Positions 48,514-57,038 of a stretch of 64,000 bases of DNA are shown in pieces (positions within the stretch are counted from its first letter, which is position 1; every line of letters begins with the position of its first letter). Below the pieces are notes generated by a model. The model was given only the letters and a program-made list of their open reading frames with translations. It had not been told where the DNA came from and searched no databases. Location of the stretch: assembly GCA_964433345.1 (NCBI GenBank), contig CAYSQJ010000004.1, positions 109,381 through 173,380 on the forward strand. The letters are read 5' to 3'. The stretch comes from an uncultured Bordetella sp. (lineage in GTDB: Bacteria > Pseudomonadota > Gammaproteobacteria > Burkholderiales > SG8-41). Made by a program: the position numbers and the translations under genes.

Positions 48514-50007
48514 ATGAGTCTCAGCTTCGACAACAGCTACGCCCGCGATCTCGAAGGCCTCTACGTGCCGTGGAAGGCAGCGGAGGTGCCGCAGCCGAAG
48601 CTGATCCGGCTCAACCATGCGCTGGCCGAAGAACTAGGGCTCGACGCCGCTTCTCTGGATTCCCCCGAAGGCGCGCAACTCTTCTCCGGCAACCAAATCC
48701 CCGAAGGCACGGCCACCATCGCCCAGGCCTACGCCGGCCACCAGTTCGGCGGTTTCTCGCCGCAGCTCGGCGACGGCCGTGCGCTGCTGCTGGGCGAGGT
48801 CATTGACCAGCAGGGCAGACGCCGCGACATAGCGTTCAAGGGTTCCGGACGCACGCCGTTTTCACGCGGTGGTGACGGCAAGGCGGCGCTGGGGCCGGTG
48901 CTGCGTGAATACATCATCGGCGAGGCGATGCATGCGCTGGGCATCCCGACTACCCGCGCATTGGCGGCGGTGACCACCGGCGAATTCGTGCGTCGTGAAC
49001 GCAACCTGCCGGGGGCGGTGCTGACGCGGGTCGCGGCTAGCCACGTCCGGGTCGGGACTTTCCAGTTCGCCGCCGCGCGCGGTGACGAGGCCTTGCTGAA
49101 AAAACTTGCCGATTACGTGATCGACCGCCATTACCCGGAGGTCGGGGGCGCGGACAAACCGTATTTTGAATTGCTGCGCGCCCTCTGCGAGCGGCAGGCG
49201 GCGCTGATTGCGCGCTGGATGAACGTGGGCTTCATCCACGGCGTGATGAACACCGACAACATGACGCTCTCCGGCGAGACCATCGACTACGGACCTTGCG
49301 CCTTCATGGACCGTTACGATCCGAAGACCGTGTTCAGCTCCATCGATGAATACGGGCGTTATGCCTATGTCAACCAGCCGCCGATCGCCAACTGGAACCT
49401 TGCGCGCTTCGCCGAGGCGCTGCTGCCGCTGCTGATCGGCGAGAGCGGCGGCGAACAGGACAGGGCGGTGGAGCGGGCGATGGAAATCCTCGGCGATTTC
49501 CAGTCGTGTTACGAGCAGCACTGGCTGGCCGGCATGCGTGCGAAGCTCGGACTGACGCGCGGGGAGGATGGTGACCTCGAACTGGCGCAGGATTTTCTCG
49601 CCGGCATGGAAGGGCAGGGTGTCGATTTCACGCTGGCCTTCCGCCGGCTGGCCGATGCCGCTGAAGCGGCGGATGCTTCGCGCGAGGGCTGGCTGCGGCA
49701 GCTCTATGCGGACGATGCGAAACTCGATGCCTGGCTGCCGCGCTGGCGCGCGCGCATCAATGCCGAAGGCATCGATCCCGCGCGACGCGCAATTGCGATG
49801 CGCGGCGTGAATCCGCTCTACATTCCGCGCAATCACAAGGTCGAGGAAGCGCTCGATGCCGCGGTTGCACTCGGCAATTACGAACCGTTCGAGCGATTGC
49901 TCGCCGTTTTGCAGCAACCCTACACTGAAAAGCCGGAATGGGCGGCCTATGCCGAGCCGGCGACTGCGGAAGCCTCCGCCGGTTATCGCACCTTCTGCGG
50001 CACATAA
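48514..50007 (+). CDS. selO: Protein adenylyltransferase SelO (YdiU/UPF0061)
   Basis: 497-aa [64 protein letters not shown]. Confidence 0.9.
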   Translation: MSLSFDNSYARDLEGLYVPWKAAEVPQPKLIRLNHALAEELGLDAASLDSPEGAQLFSGNQIPEGTATIAQAYAGHQFGGFSPQLGDGRALLLGEVIDQQGRRRDIAFKGSGRTPFSRGGDGKAALGPVLREYIIGEAMHALGIPTTRALAAVTTGEFVRRERNLPGAVLTRVAASHVRVGTFQFAAARGDEALLKKLADYVIDRHYPEVGGADKPYFELLRALCERQAALIARWMNVGFIHGVMNTDNMTLSGETIDYGPCAFMDRYDPKTVFSSIDEYGRYAYVNQPPIANWNLARFAEALLPLLIGESGGEQDRAVERAMEILGDFQSCYEQHWLAGMRAKLGLTRGEDGDLELAQDFLAGMEGQGVDFTLAFRRLADAAEAADASREGWLRQLYADDAKLDAWLPRWRARINAEGIDPARRAIAMRGVNPLYIPRNHKVEEALDAAVALGNYEPFERLLAVLQQPYTEKPEWAAYAEPATAEASAGYRTFCGT

Positions 50008-50042
50008 TATAAATACTTGATTATATTGATATTTTTGTAAAT
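50008..50042 (+). repeat. AT-rich intergenic repeat, copy D (forward)
   Basis: TATAAATACTTGATTATATTGATATTTTTGTAAAT is contiguous with the selO TAA stop. It lies between convergent genes. Confidence 0.8.
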
Positions 50043-50047
50043 CTGCG

Positions 50048-50848
50048 TCAGGCGGCGTCGGCGGTGTAGAGCGGCACCACCTTGCCCTCGTCGTCGTTGG
50101 CCGCGCGCACCTCGGGTTCCCAGCGCACCAGTTCCATGCGGCCGTCGAGGTGTTCGACCACCGCGGTGCAGCTGTCCACCCAGTCACCGCAGTTGATGTA
50201 GGTGATCTCGCCGATCCGCCGCAGCACGGGTGTGTGGATGTGGCCGCAGATCACGCCGTCGAGCCCGCGCTGCGCGGCGGTATGCGCCACCGCGCTTTCG
50301 AAGTCGCTGATGAAGCTGACCGCCTGCAGCACGTTGCGCTTGGCGTAGTCGGCCAGCGACCAGTGGCCGCTGACGCCGAGCTTGCGCCGCATCCACGACA
50401 GCAGGCGGTTGACGTGGATCAGGAAGGTGTACGAGATGTCGCCGAGCACCGAGATCCAGCGGTGCAGCCGGGTGACCTGGTCGTATTCGTCACCATGCAG
50501 CACCAGGTATTTTTTGCCGTCGGCGGCGACGTGCACGTGTTCGCGCAGCAGGTGGACGTCGCCGAAGTTGGAGCCGACATGTTCGCGCAGCAGTTCGTCG
50601 TGGTTGCCGGGGATCAGGCAGACCCGGGTTTCGTGGCGCGCCTTCTTCAGGATTTTCTGCACCACGGTGTTGTGCGTCGCCGGCCAGTGCACCGCGCGGT
50701 TCATTGCCCAGAAATCGATGATGTCGCCGACCAGGAACAGGTTCTCGCACTCATAGGACTTGAGGAAGGCGAGCAGGTGTTCGGCCTGGCAGGCGCGGGT
50801 GCCGAGGTGGATGTCGGAGAGGAACAGCGTGCGGACGCGTCGGGTCAT
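50048..50848 (-). CDS. plcP: LpxH-family metallophosphoesterase, PlcP-like phospholipase C candidate
   Basis: 266-aa ORF. LFLSDIHLG, VGDIIDFW, GNHD and GHIH metallophosphoesterase motifs. ATGA-coupled to the upstream methyltransferase and BtaA-like genes. Confidence 0.6.
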   Translation of the reverse strand: MTRRVRTLFLSDIHLGTRACQAEHLLAFLKSYECENLFLVGDIIDFWAMNRAVHWPATHNTVVQKILKKARHETRVCLIPGNHDELLREHVGSNFGDVHLLREHVHVAADGKKYLVLHGDEYDQVTRLHRWISVLGDISYTFLIHVNRLLSWMRRKLGVSGHWSLADYAKRNVLQAVSFISDFESAVAHTAAQRGLDGVICGHIHTPVLRRIGEITYINCGDWVDSCTAVVEHLDGRMELVRWEPEVRAANDDEGKVVPLYTADAA

Positions 50849-51570
50849 CAGGCGGGATTTCCAGTCAGGGGCTTGCGCCCGAGGTAGAGGTAGTAGGGCA
50901 TGCGCAGCCCGGGCAGGTAGGGCAGGGCCGCGGTCGATTCGCGCAGCACCCGCGTTTCGGTCAGCTGCTGCAGGGTGTCGACATGGGCGCGGTCGAGGCG
51001 CACGCCGTCATGGGCAAACCAGCGCCGCCAGAACTCGCAGGCGCAGCGGTCCGCGAGGCAATCGCCCCTCGGCAGGCCGAAATCGACGACGCCGAGCAGG
51101 CCGCCGGGCTTGAGCATGGCCAGTGCGTTGCCGAGCGCCGCGTGCCACTGCGGCATCATCGTCAGCGCATAGGAAAAGTAGATGCAGTCGGCTGACTGCA
51201 GTGGCTGGTACTTCACGGCGTCGGCCTCGATGATGCGCACCCTCGGCTGCAGCGCCCAGCGTTTGCGCGCCTGTTCGAGCAGGGCCGGGCAGAGGTCGAC
51301 CAGTTCGACGTGATGGAAATCGAGCAGCCGTTCGCCGAAATACTCGGCATTGCGGCCGGTGCCGGCACCGAGTTCGATGACCACCGCCCCCTCCGGCGGA
51401 TCCAGCAGTTCCACCAGTTCGCGCCGGCCGTGCAGCAGCTTCTCGCGGAAACTGTCGTAATGCCCGGCCTGGGGGCGGTAAAAACGTTCCAGGCGTTCGG
51501 CGTGGCTGCCGCTGCTTCCCGCGCCGCGCGCCATCTGCCACAGGGTGCGGAGTTCTGCGGTGATCGGCAT
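50848..51570 (-). CDS. btaB: Class I SAM-dependent methyltransferase, BtaB-like
   Basis: 240-aa C-terminal part of ORF 50848-52245 starting MPITAELRTLW at 51570. SAM motif VIELGAGTGRN. It lies 17 nt downstream of the DUF3419 gene. Confidence 0.65.
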   Translation of the reverse strand: MPITAELRTLWQMARGAGSSGSHAERLERFYRPQAGHYDSFREKLLHGRRELVELLDPPEGAVVIELGAGTGRNAEYFGERLLDFHHVELVDLCPALLEQARKRWALQPRVRIIEADAVKYQPLQSADCIYFSYALTMMPQWHAALGNALAMLKPGGLLGVVDFGLPRGDCLADRCACEFWRRWFAHDGVRLDRAHVDTLQQLTETRVLRESTAALPYLPGLRMPYYLYLGRKPLTGNPA

Positions 51571-51587
51571 TTTCACGGCGGCCTCGT

Positions 51588-52808
51588 TCAGGCGCGGACG
51601 TCGGCGATGTGGAAGCCGGCGTAGGTGTGGACGCGATCCTCGCGGTTGAGTCGCGCCGCGAGCCCGGGGTGGAAATCCAGCAGTTCGCGCAGGCGGCGGC
51701 CGCGGCCCGCGCCCGGCACGGTCAGCGTGTCGAGGTAGGCGGGCTGTGCGTGGGAGCTGCGGAAGATCGCGCGCGCGCCGGGCGCCGCGCAGTCGAGCAG
51801 GGCGGCCCATTCCTCGCGCAGGGCTTCGGGTTTGAACGAGCCCAGCCAGTCCATGTGGTCGAGCAGCACGAATTTCGAAATCTGCGGCTGCTTGTCGCGC
51901 AGCAGTTCGGTGACCGTGCAGGTATGGTGGGTAATGCGGTCCGCGAGACCGTTTTTCAGCGCGAGGAAATTGCCGCGTTTGAGGTACTCGGGACAGCAGT
52001 CGCGGCTGTAGCTGCCGCGCACATAGACCCGCCAGAAATAGTTGGTCCACAGCGGCAGGCTGCGGAACACGTATTCCACGGCTTCGCGCACGAATCCGGG
52101 TACGCCGCCGGCGTGCTGGCGGCGCACTTCCTCGTGCTGGGGTGCAGGCACGCCGAGCATGCTCATAGTGATTTGCCGCGACAGCGCCCAGTTGACGCCG
52201 CGGTTCCACATCCGCGGCGCTACGCGCGCGTCGTAGATGCTGCATTGTTCGTCGAGCGATTTCGCCTCGACCAGTTCATCGACCGCATCGCGCAGTTTCG
52301 GCTGCAGGTCGAGGTAATGGCGGAACAGCAGCGCGACGCGGCCTGACAGGCTGTGGAAATAGAAGGTGTTGCGCGGATTGCTGCGGCTGAACCAGTCGCC
52401 GGCGCCGTCCCAGAACTGCTTCGCGAAGGGCGACAGTTCGCGCCGCAGCAGGTCGCGGTACAGTTCCGGGAAATGCGGGTGCCGGCCTTCGCCGAAGAGC
52501 ATGAAAAAATCGGTGTGCGACAGGCGGCGGATGCCGGCCAGCTTCAGTTCCAGCAGCGCGGTCTGCCGCGGATTGGCGTCGACAGCGTGGATACGCTTCG
52601 GTCCGGCCAGCGCATAGTCCAGCACGTTGCAGCCGGCGCTGGTGATCACCAGGATCGTGTCCTCCGCGGTAATGCTCAGCGCCTGCCGGTCCACCGCCGG
52701 ATCTTCCCAGCAGGTGTTGTAGATCAGCGAGCGGGAATACAGCGCATCGAACACTTTCTGGTTCATGCGCTCGCTCATGCGTTTTGTCAGTGAGCTGCTC
52801 AAAGTCAT
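51588..52808 (-). CDS. btaA: DUF3419/BtaA-like S-adenosylmethionine:diacylglycerol 3-amino-3-carboxypropyl transferase
   Basis: 406-aa ORF. LIYNTCWEDPAVDRQAL, ITSAGCNVLDYAL and HAVDANPRQTALLELK match the BtaA-type family pattern. The start could be a downstream Met. Confidence 0.7.
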   Translation of the reverse strand: MTLSSSLTKRMSERMNQKVFDALYSRSLIYNTCWEDPAVDRQALSITAEDTILVITSAGCNVLDYALAGPKRIHAVDANPRQTALLELKLAGIRRLSHTDFFMLFGEGRHPHFPELYRDLLRRELSPFAKQFWDGAGDWFSRSNPRNTFYFHSLSGRVALLFRHYLDLQPKLRDAVDELVEAKSLDEQCSIYDARVAPRMWNRGVNWALSRQITMSMLGVPAPQHEEVRRQHAGGVPGFVREAVEYVFRSLPLWTNYFWRVYVRGSYSRDCCPEYLKRGNFLALKNGLADRITHHTCTVTELLRDKQPQISKFVLLDHMDWLGSFKPEALREEWAALLDCAAPGARAIFRSSHAQPAYLDTLTVPGAGRGRRLRELLDFHPGLAARLNREDRVHTYAGFHIADVRA

Positions 52809-52816
52809 TGATTGCT

Positions 52817-52904
52817 CTCCGGATTCGACGCGATCAGCCTAAGCGTGGATTGTTGCCGTGGTATGACCTGCGGATTGCGGAATGGCGTCAACGCGCTGCG
52901 GATT
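52817..52904. promoter_or_regulatory. Four direct CTGCGGATT-like 9-mers in the btaA/pabB divergent intergenic region
   Basis: CTCCGGATT (about 52817), GCGTGGATT (about 52843), CTGCGGATT (about 52868) and CTGCGGATT (about 52896). Spacing is 25-28 bp. Confidence 0.4.
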
Positions 52905-52919
52905 CATTAAAATGCGGCA

Positions 52920-54311
52920 ATGACCATCCCGCTGCTGACCGAACTGCCGTACCGCGAGGACAGCGCCGCGCTGTTCGAGGCGGTTGCGGACCGGCCGTGG
53001 GCAGTGTTTCTCGACAGCGGCCTGCACCACCCGGGGCAGGCGCGTTACGACATCATTGCCGCCGACCCGCATGTGCGGCTGGTCACCCGCGGCGCGCTGA
53101 CCGAAATCCATGACGAGGCGAGCGAGCTGTCGCGCGCCGATCCCTTCGAACTGCTGCGCGGGCGGCTCTGTTTCGAGCCAGGCTGTGCCGGCGACCTGCC
53201 TTTCGCCGGCGGCGCGATCGGTTATTTCGGTTATGACCTCGCTCGCCGCATCGAGCGCCTGCCGCTGCGTGCGCGGGCCAGCGAACGCATCCCCGACATG
53301 GCCGTCGGCATCTACGACTGGGCCGTCGTGGTCGATCATTCCGAACGCCGCGCCTGGCTCGCCGGGCAGGGGCGTGATCCGGACACCGACCGCAAATGGG
53401 ACGCGCTGGTGCGGCTGTTCAGCGCCACCCCCGCCGAACGCCAGCGCACCCCCTTCCGGGTGACTTCGCCGGTGACCTCGAATTTCACGCCCAAGGGTTA
53501 CGGGCACGCCTTCGACCGTGTACTGGGCTATATCCGTGCCGGCGACTGTTACCAGGTCAACCTCGCACAGCGTTTCATCGCCCAGGCCAGCGGCGATCCC
53601 TGGCTGGCCTACCAGCGGCTGCGGCTGATCAATCCGGCGCCGTACTCGGCCTATTTCAGCACGCCCTATGCACAGATCCTGTCGGCCTCGCCGGAGCGTT
53701 TCCTGCGCGTGCAGGACGGTGCGGTGGAGACCAAGCCGATCAAGGGCACGCGGCCGCGCGCCGGGCATGCCCGGCTCGACGCCGAGCGCATTGCCGAATT
53801 GCTGGCGAGCGAGAAGGACCGCGCCGAGAACCTGATGATCGTCGACCTGTTGCGCAACGACCTGTCGAAGAACTGCGCCACCGGCACGGTGAAGGTGCCC
53901 AAGCTGTTCGAGGTCGAGAGTTTCGCCACCGTGCACCACCTGGTGAGCACGGTGACCGGGAAGCTGAAGCCAGGGAGTGACGCGATCGACCTGCTGCGCG
54001 GCGCTTTCCCCGGCGGCTCGATCACCGGCGCGCCGAAGCTGCGCGCGATGCAGATCATCGAGGAACTGGAGCCGCACCGCCGCGGCGTCTATTGCGGGGC
54101 CATCGGCTACATCGGACACGACGGCGGCATGGATACCAACATCGCGATCCGCACCCTGGTGCATTCCGGGGGCACGGTGCGGCTGTGGGCCGGCGGCGGC
54201 ATTGTCGCCGATTCGCAGTGCGAAGCCGAGTACCAGGAAACCTTCGACAAGGCAGCCGCCCTGTTGAGCCTGCTGCAGCAGAGCGCGGAAAGCGCCAGCG
54301 GCGGCGCCTGA
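52920..54311 (+). CDS. pabB: Aminodeoxychorismate synthase component I
   Basis: 463-aa ORF. Chorismate-binding family motifs SPERFL, KGTRPR, FPGGSITGAPK and RGVYCGAIGY. Size and N-terminus fit PabB rather than TrpE. Confidence 0.85.
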   Translation: MTIPLLTELPYREDSAALFEAVADRPWAVFLDSGLHHPGQARYDIIAADPHVRLVTRGALTEIHDEASELSRADPFELLRGRLCFEPGCAGDLPFAGGAIGYFGYDLARRIERLPLRARASERIPDMAVGIYDWAVVVDHSERRAWLAGQGRDPDTDRKWDALVRLFSATPAERQRTPFRVTSPVTSNFTPKGYGHAFDRVLGYIRAGDCYQVNLAQRFIAQASGDPWLAYQRLRLINPAPYSAYFSTPYAQILSASPERFLRVQDGAVETKPIKGTRPRAGHARLDAERIAELLASEKDRAENLMIVDLLRNDLSKNCATGTVKVPKLFEVESFATVHHLVSTVTGKLKPGSDAIDLLRGAFPGGSITGAPKLRAMQIIEELEPHRRGVYCGAIGYIGHDGGMDTNIAIRTLVHSGGTVRLWAGGGIVADSQCEAEYQETFDKAAALLSLLQQSAESASGGA

Positions 54312-54312
54312 A

Positions 54313-54330
54313 CCGTCATCTTCCCGTAAC
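54313..54330 (+). promoter_or_regulatory. Pho-box-like site upstream of phoX
   Basis: CCGTCAT-CTTC-CCGTAAC: two 7-bp direct repeats with 11-bp periodicity, resembling CTGTCAT-N4-CTGTCAT. It lies 44-61 nt upstream of the phoX ATG. Confidence 0.45.
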
Positions 54331-54373
54331 GGATGCACCGTATTGTCCGCGCTTCCATTTCAAGGGAGCGCAA

Positions 54374-56305
54374 ATGAGCCACAGCTACAGCGACGGGCGC
54401 AGCCTCAACGGCTCGCCGAATGCCACGTTTGAACAGGTCCTGGAGGCGCGCTTGTCGCGCCGGGGGCTGCTGAAGGGCGCCGCCGCGCTGGCGGCGATTT
54501 CCGCGCTGCCGCTGTCGCTGGGGGCCTGCGCCACGACCGGCCTGCGGCGCGAGGGCCGGCTCGGTTTCAGCGGCATCACGGTTTCAACGGCCGATGCGGT
54601 TCGTGTCCCCGCAGGGTATTCGGCGAAGGTGCTGTATGCCTGGGGCGATCCGGTCGGCCACCCTTCCGGCTCGCCCGCCTTCCGTCATGACGCCGGCAAC
54701 AGCGCCGCCGAGCAGGCGCTGCAGGCGGGCATGCACCATGATGGCATCCATTATTTTCCGCTGCCCTACGGCTCGGAGAATTCCGCCAGCGGCCTGCTGG
54801 TGATGAATCACGAATACACCGATGACGGCCTGCTGCACAGCGACGGATTCGCCAACTGGAGCGCGGAGAAGGTGCGCAAGGCGCAGAACGCCCACGGCTG
54901 TTCGGTGATCGAGGTGCGTGCCACGGCCGGCGGCCAGTGGGAAGTCGTGCGGCCCTCGCGTTATGCGCGGCGCATCACCGCGGCGACGCCGATGCGCATT
55001 GCCGGTCCGGCTGCGGGCAGCGCCGGCATGAAGACCGCCGCCGATCCCGCGGGCAACGAAGTGCTGGGCACCTTCAACAACTGTGCCCACGGTTACACGC
55101 CCTGGGGGACGTACCTGACCTGCGAGGAAAACTGGGACACCTACTTCGCAAACATCGGTACGCTGACCGCGGACCAGCGGCGCAATGGCGTGACGGCGAA
55201 GGGCCGCGGTTACCGCTGGGAGGAGTTCGACGAGCGTTTTGATGCGGGCAAGCATCCCAACGAACCCAACCGCCACGGCTGGGTGGTGGAGTTCGATCCC
55301 TATGATCCGCAGTCGAAACCGGTCAAACGTACCGCGCTCGGCCGTTTCAGCCACGAGGGCGCCTGGCCGGCCACGGCGAAGGACGGCCGGTTGGTGATCT
55401 ACATGGGAGATGACCGGGCCTTCGAGTACATTTACAAGTTCGTGTCGCGCGACGCGTACAGCCGCAGCGACCGCAAGGCCAATGCCAAGCTCCTCGACCA
55501 TGGCACGCTGTACGTCGCGAAGTTCAATGATGACGGCAGCGGCGAATGGATTCCGCTGGTGCATGGCCGCGGCAAACTGACCGCTGCCAACGGTTTTGCC
55601 GACCAGGCCGACGTGTTGATTCGCACGCGTGCCGCGGCCGACGCCGCCGGCGCGACGAAAATGGACCGTCCGGAATGGATCGCGGTGCATCCGGCGACAA
55701 ACGAGGTGTACTGCACACTGACCAACAACAGCCAGCGCGGCGGCAAGGATCGCCCCGGTACCGACCGCGCCAATCCGCGGGCCAACAACGTGTTCGGCCA
55801 GATCATCCGCTGGCGCGAGGCCGGCAACGATCCGGCCGGGATGAAATTCGAATGGGACCTGTTTGCAATCGCCGGTGATCCGCAGCATCCTGACCCGGCG
55901 CGCCACGGCAACATCAAGGGCGACGCCTACGGCAGTCCCGACGGCCTGTGGTTCGATGACGGCGGCCTGCTGTGGATACAGACCGATGTGTCGGCGAGCA
56001 CGCAGAACCGCAATCATTACGAACGGCTGGGCAACAACCAGATGCTGGCCGCAGACATCCGCAGCGGCGAGACCCGGCGTTTCCTGACCGGGCCGAGCGG
56101 CAGTGAGGTGACGGGGGTTGTTACCACTCCGGACGGGCGTACGATGTTCGTCAATATCCAGCATCCGGGCGAAGCGCCGAAAGGACGCAACGACCCGAAA
56201 AATCCGAAGGCGCACAGCAGCTGGCCCGACGGCGCCGCCGGCGGCCGGCCGCGCTCGGCGACACTGGTCATCCGCAGGAACGACGGCGGCATCATCGGCA
56301 GCTGA
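54374..56305 (+). CDS. phoX: PhoX-family alkaline phosphatase (Tat-exported)
   Basis: ATG at 54374 follows AAGGGAG (within ORF 54092-56305). Tat signal LSRRGLLKGAAALAA. MNHEYTD, FNNCAHGYTPWGTYLTCEEN, DRPEWIAVHP and SPDGLWFD blocks are typical of PhoX/DUF839. Confidence 0.88.
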   Translation: MSHSYSDGRSLNGSPNATFEQVLEARLSRRGLLKGAAALAAISALPLSLGACATTGLRREGRLGFSGITVSTADAVRVPAGYSAKVLYAWGDPVGHPSGSPAFRHDAGNSAAEQALQAGMHHDGIHYFPLPYGSENSASGLLVMNHEYTDDGLLHSDGFANWSAEKVRKAQNAHGCSVIEVRATAGGQWEVVRPSRYARRITAATPMRIAGPAAGSAGMKTAADPAGNEVLGTFNNCAHGYTPWGTYLTCEENWDTYFANIGTLTADQRRNGVTAKGRGYRWEEFDERFDAGKHPNEPNRHGWVVEFDPYDPQSKPVKRTALGRFSHEGAWPATAKDGRLVIYMGDDRAFEYIYKFVSRDAYSRSDRKANAKLLDHGTLYVAKFNDDGSGEWIPLVHGRGKLTAANGFADQADVLIRTRAAADAAGATKMDRPEWIAVHPATNEVYCTLTNNSQRGGKDRPGTDRANPRANNVFGQIIRWREAGNDPAGMKFEWDLFAIAGDPQHPDPARHGNIKGDAYGSPDGLWFDDGGLLWIQTDVSASTQNRNHYERLGNNQMLAADIRSGETRRFLTGPSGSEVTGVVTTPDGRTMFVNIQHPGEAPKGRNDPKNPKAHSSWPDGAAGGRPRSATLVIRRNDGGIIGS

Positions 56306-56328
56306 GTTGGCGTTTATCAGGAATCATT

Positions 56329-56387
56329 GCCCCGGCACGGCACTAAGGAGGTCCCTTTGAGGGGAGGCCGGGGCCCAGAAAGTTTTT
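56329..56387 (+). terminator. Probable rho-independent terminator after phoX
   Basis: GCCCCGGC...GCCGGGGC outer stem with inner TCCCtttgaGGGA, followed nearby by GTTTTT. Confidence 0.5.
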
Positions 56388-56488
56388 CGGTTTAATCGTA
56401 CGTTTGTTGGATGCTGGCTTTCGCCGGCGGTGTCCGGCTTCCCGCGGATTTGTGCCATCATCGCGTTTCCTACGAAGGGAGTGCGACG

Positions 56489-56665
56489 ATGGCTGTCTTG
56501 GAATTGACGCAGGAAAATTTCGAATCGACGATCACCGGCAACAAAATGGTGATCGTGGATTTCCGGGCGCCGTGGTGCGGGCGCGCGCCGCGACTCGTTA
56601 GCCGCAGGCCCGTTTGCGGGAGCGGCGCGCCAGGGGCCGCAAGCCGATCACTGGACAGGAGCTGA
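56489..56665 (+). pseudogene. Decayed 5-prime thioredoxin fragment / thioredoxin-derived upstream ORF
   Basis: MAVLELTQENFESTITGNKMVIVDFRAPWCG parallels the first 31 residues of the downstream thioredoxin (about 85 percent nucleotide identity over about 93 nt by my hand alignment). It then diverges and CGPC is lost (WCGRA). It has its own GAAGGGAG RBS and ends 4 nt before the trx ATG. Confidence 0.6.
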
Positions 56666-56669
56666 GACC

Positions 56670-57038
56670 ATGCCTGTTCTGGAACTGACGCAGCAGAATT
56701 TCGAGAGCACGATCACCGGCAACAAAATCGTGATCTTGGATTTCTGGGCGCCGTGGTGCGGCCCCTGCAAAAGTTTTGCGCCGGTGTTCGAGGCTGCCGC
56801 GGAAAAACACCCCGACGTGGTGTTCGCCAAGGTCAATTCGGACGACGAGCAGGCACTGGCCGGTCATTTCGGCATCCGCTCGATTCCGACCATCATGCTG
56901 TTCCGCGAACAGATCATCGTGTTCATGCAGGCGGGTGCCTTGCCGGCCTCGGGACTGGAGAGCGTGCTAGAGCAGGCGAAGGCGCTGGACATGGAGCAGG
57001 TGCGCCGCGACATCGCTGCGCAGCAGTCGCAGCAGTAA
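56670..57038 (+). CDS. trx: Thioredoxin
   Basis: 122-aa ORF with WAPWCGPCK active site and the IRSIPT cis-Pro loop. Confidence 0.9.
   Translation: MPVLELTQQNFESTITGNKIVILDFWAPWCGPCKSFAPVFEAAAEKHPDVVFAKVNSDDEQALAGHFGIRSIPTIMLFREQIIVFMQAGALPASGLESVLEQAKALDMEQVRRDIAAQQSQQ

Noticed and set aside
50848-52245. A 465-aa version of the methyltransferase ORF.
   Set aside because: The N-terminal 225 residues are Arg/Pro-rich nonsense and overlap the BtaA-like gene in another frame. The methyltransferase fold begins at the Met at 51570, just downstream of the BtaA-like stop.
52809-52919. A canonical Pho box upstream of the BtaA-like gene.
   Set aside because: Only weak partial matches to CTGTCAT-N4-CTGTCAT are present (for example GGTCAT...). 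The region is instead dominated by the CTGCGGATT-type repeats, so I make no Pho-box call there.
56411-56488. An N-terminal extension of the thioredoxin-fragment ORF (84-aa version starting at 56411).
   Set aside because: The homology to thioredoxin and a good RBS (GAAGGGAG) both point to the internal ATG at 56489. The upstream 26 codons have no support.
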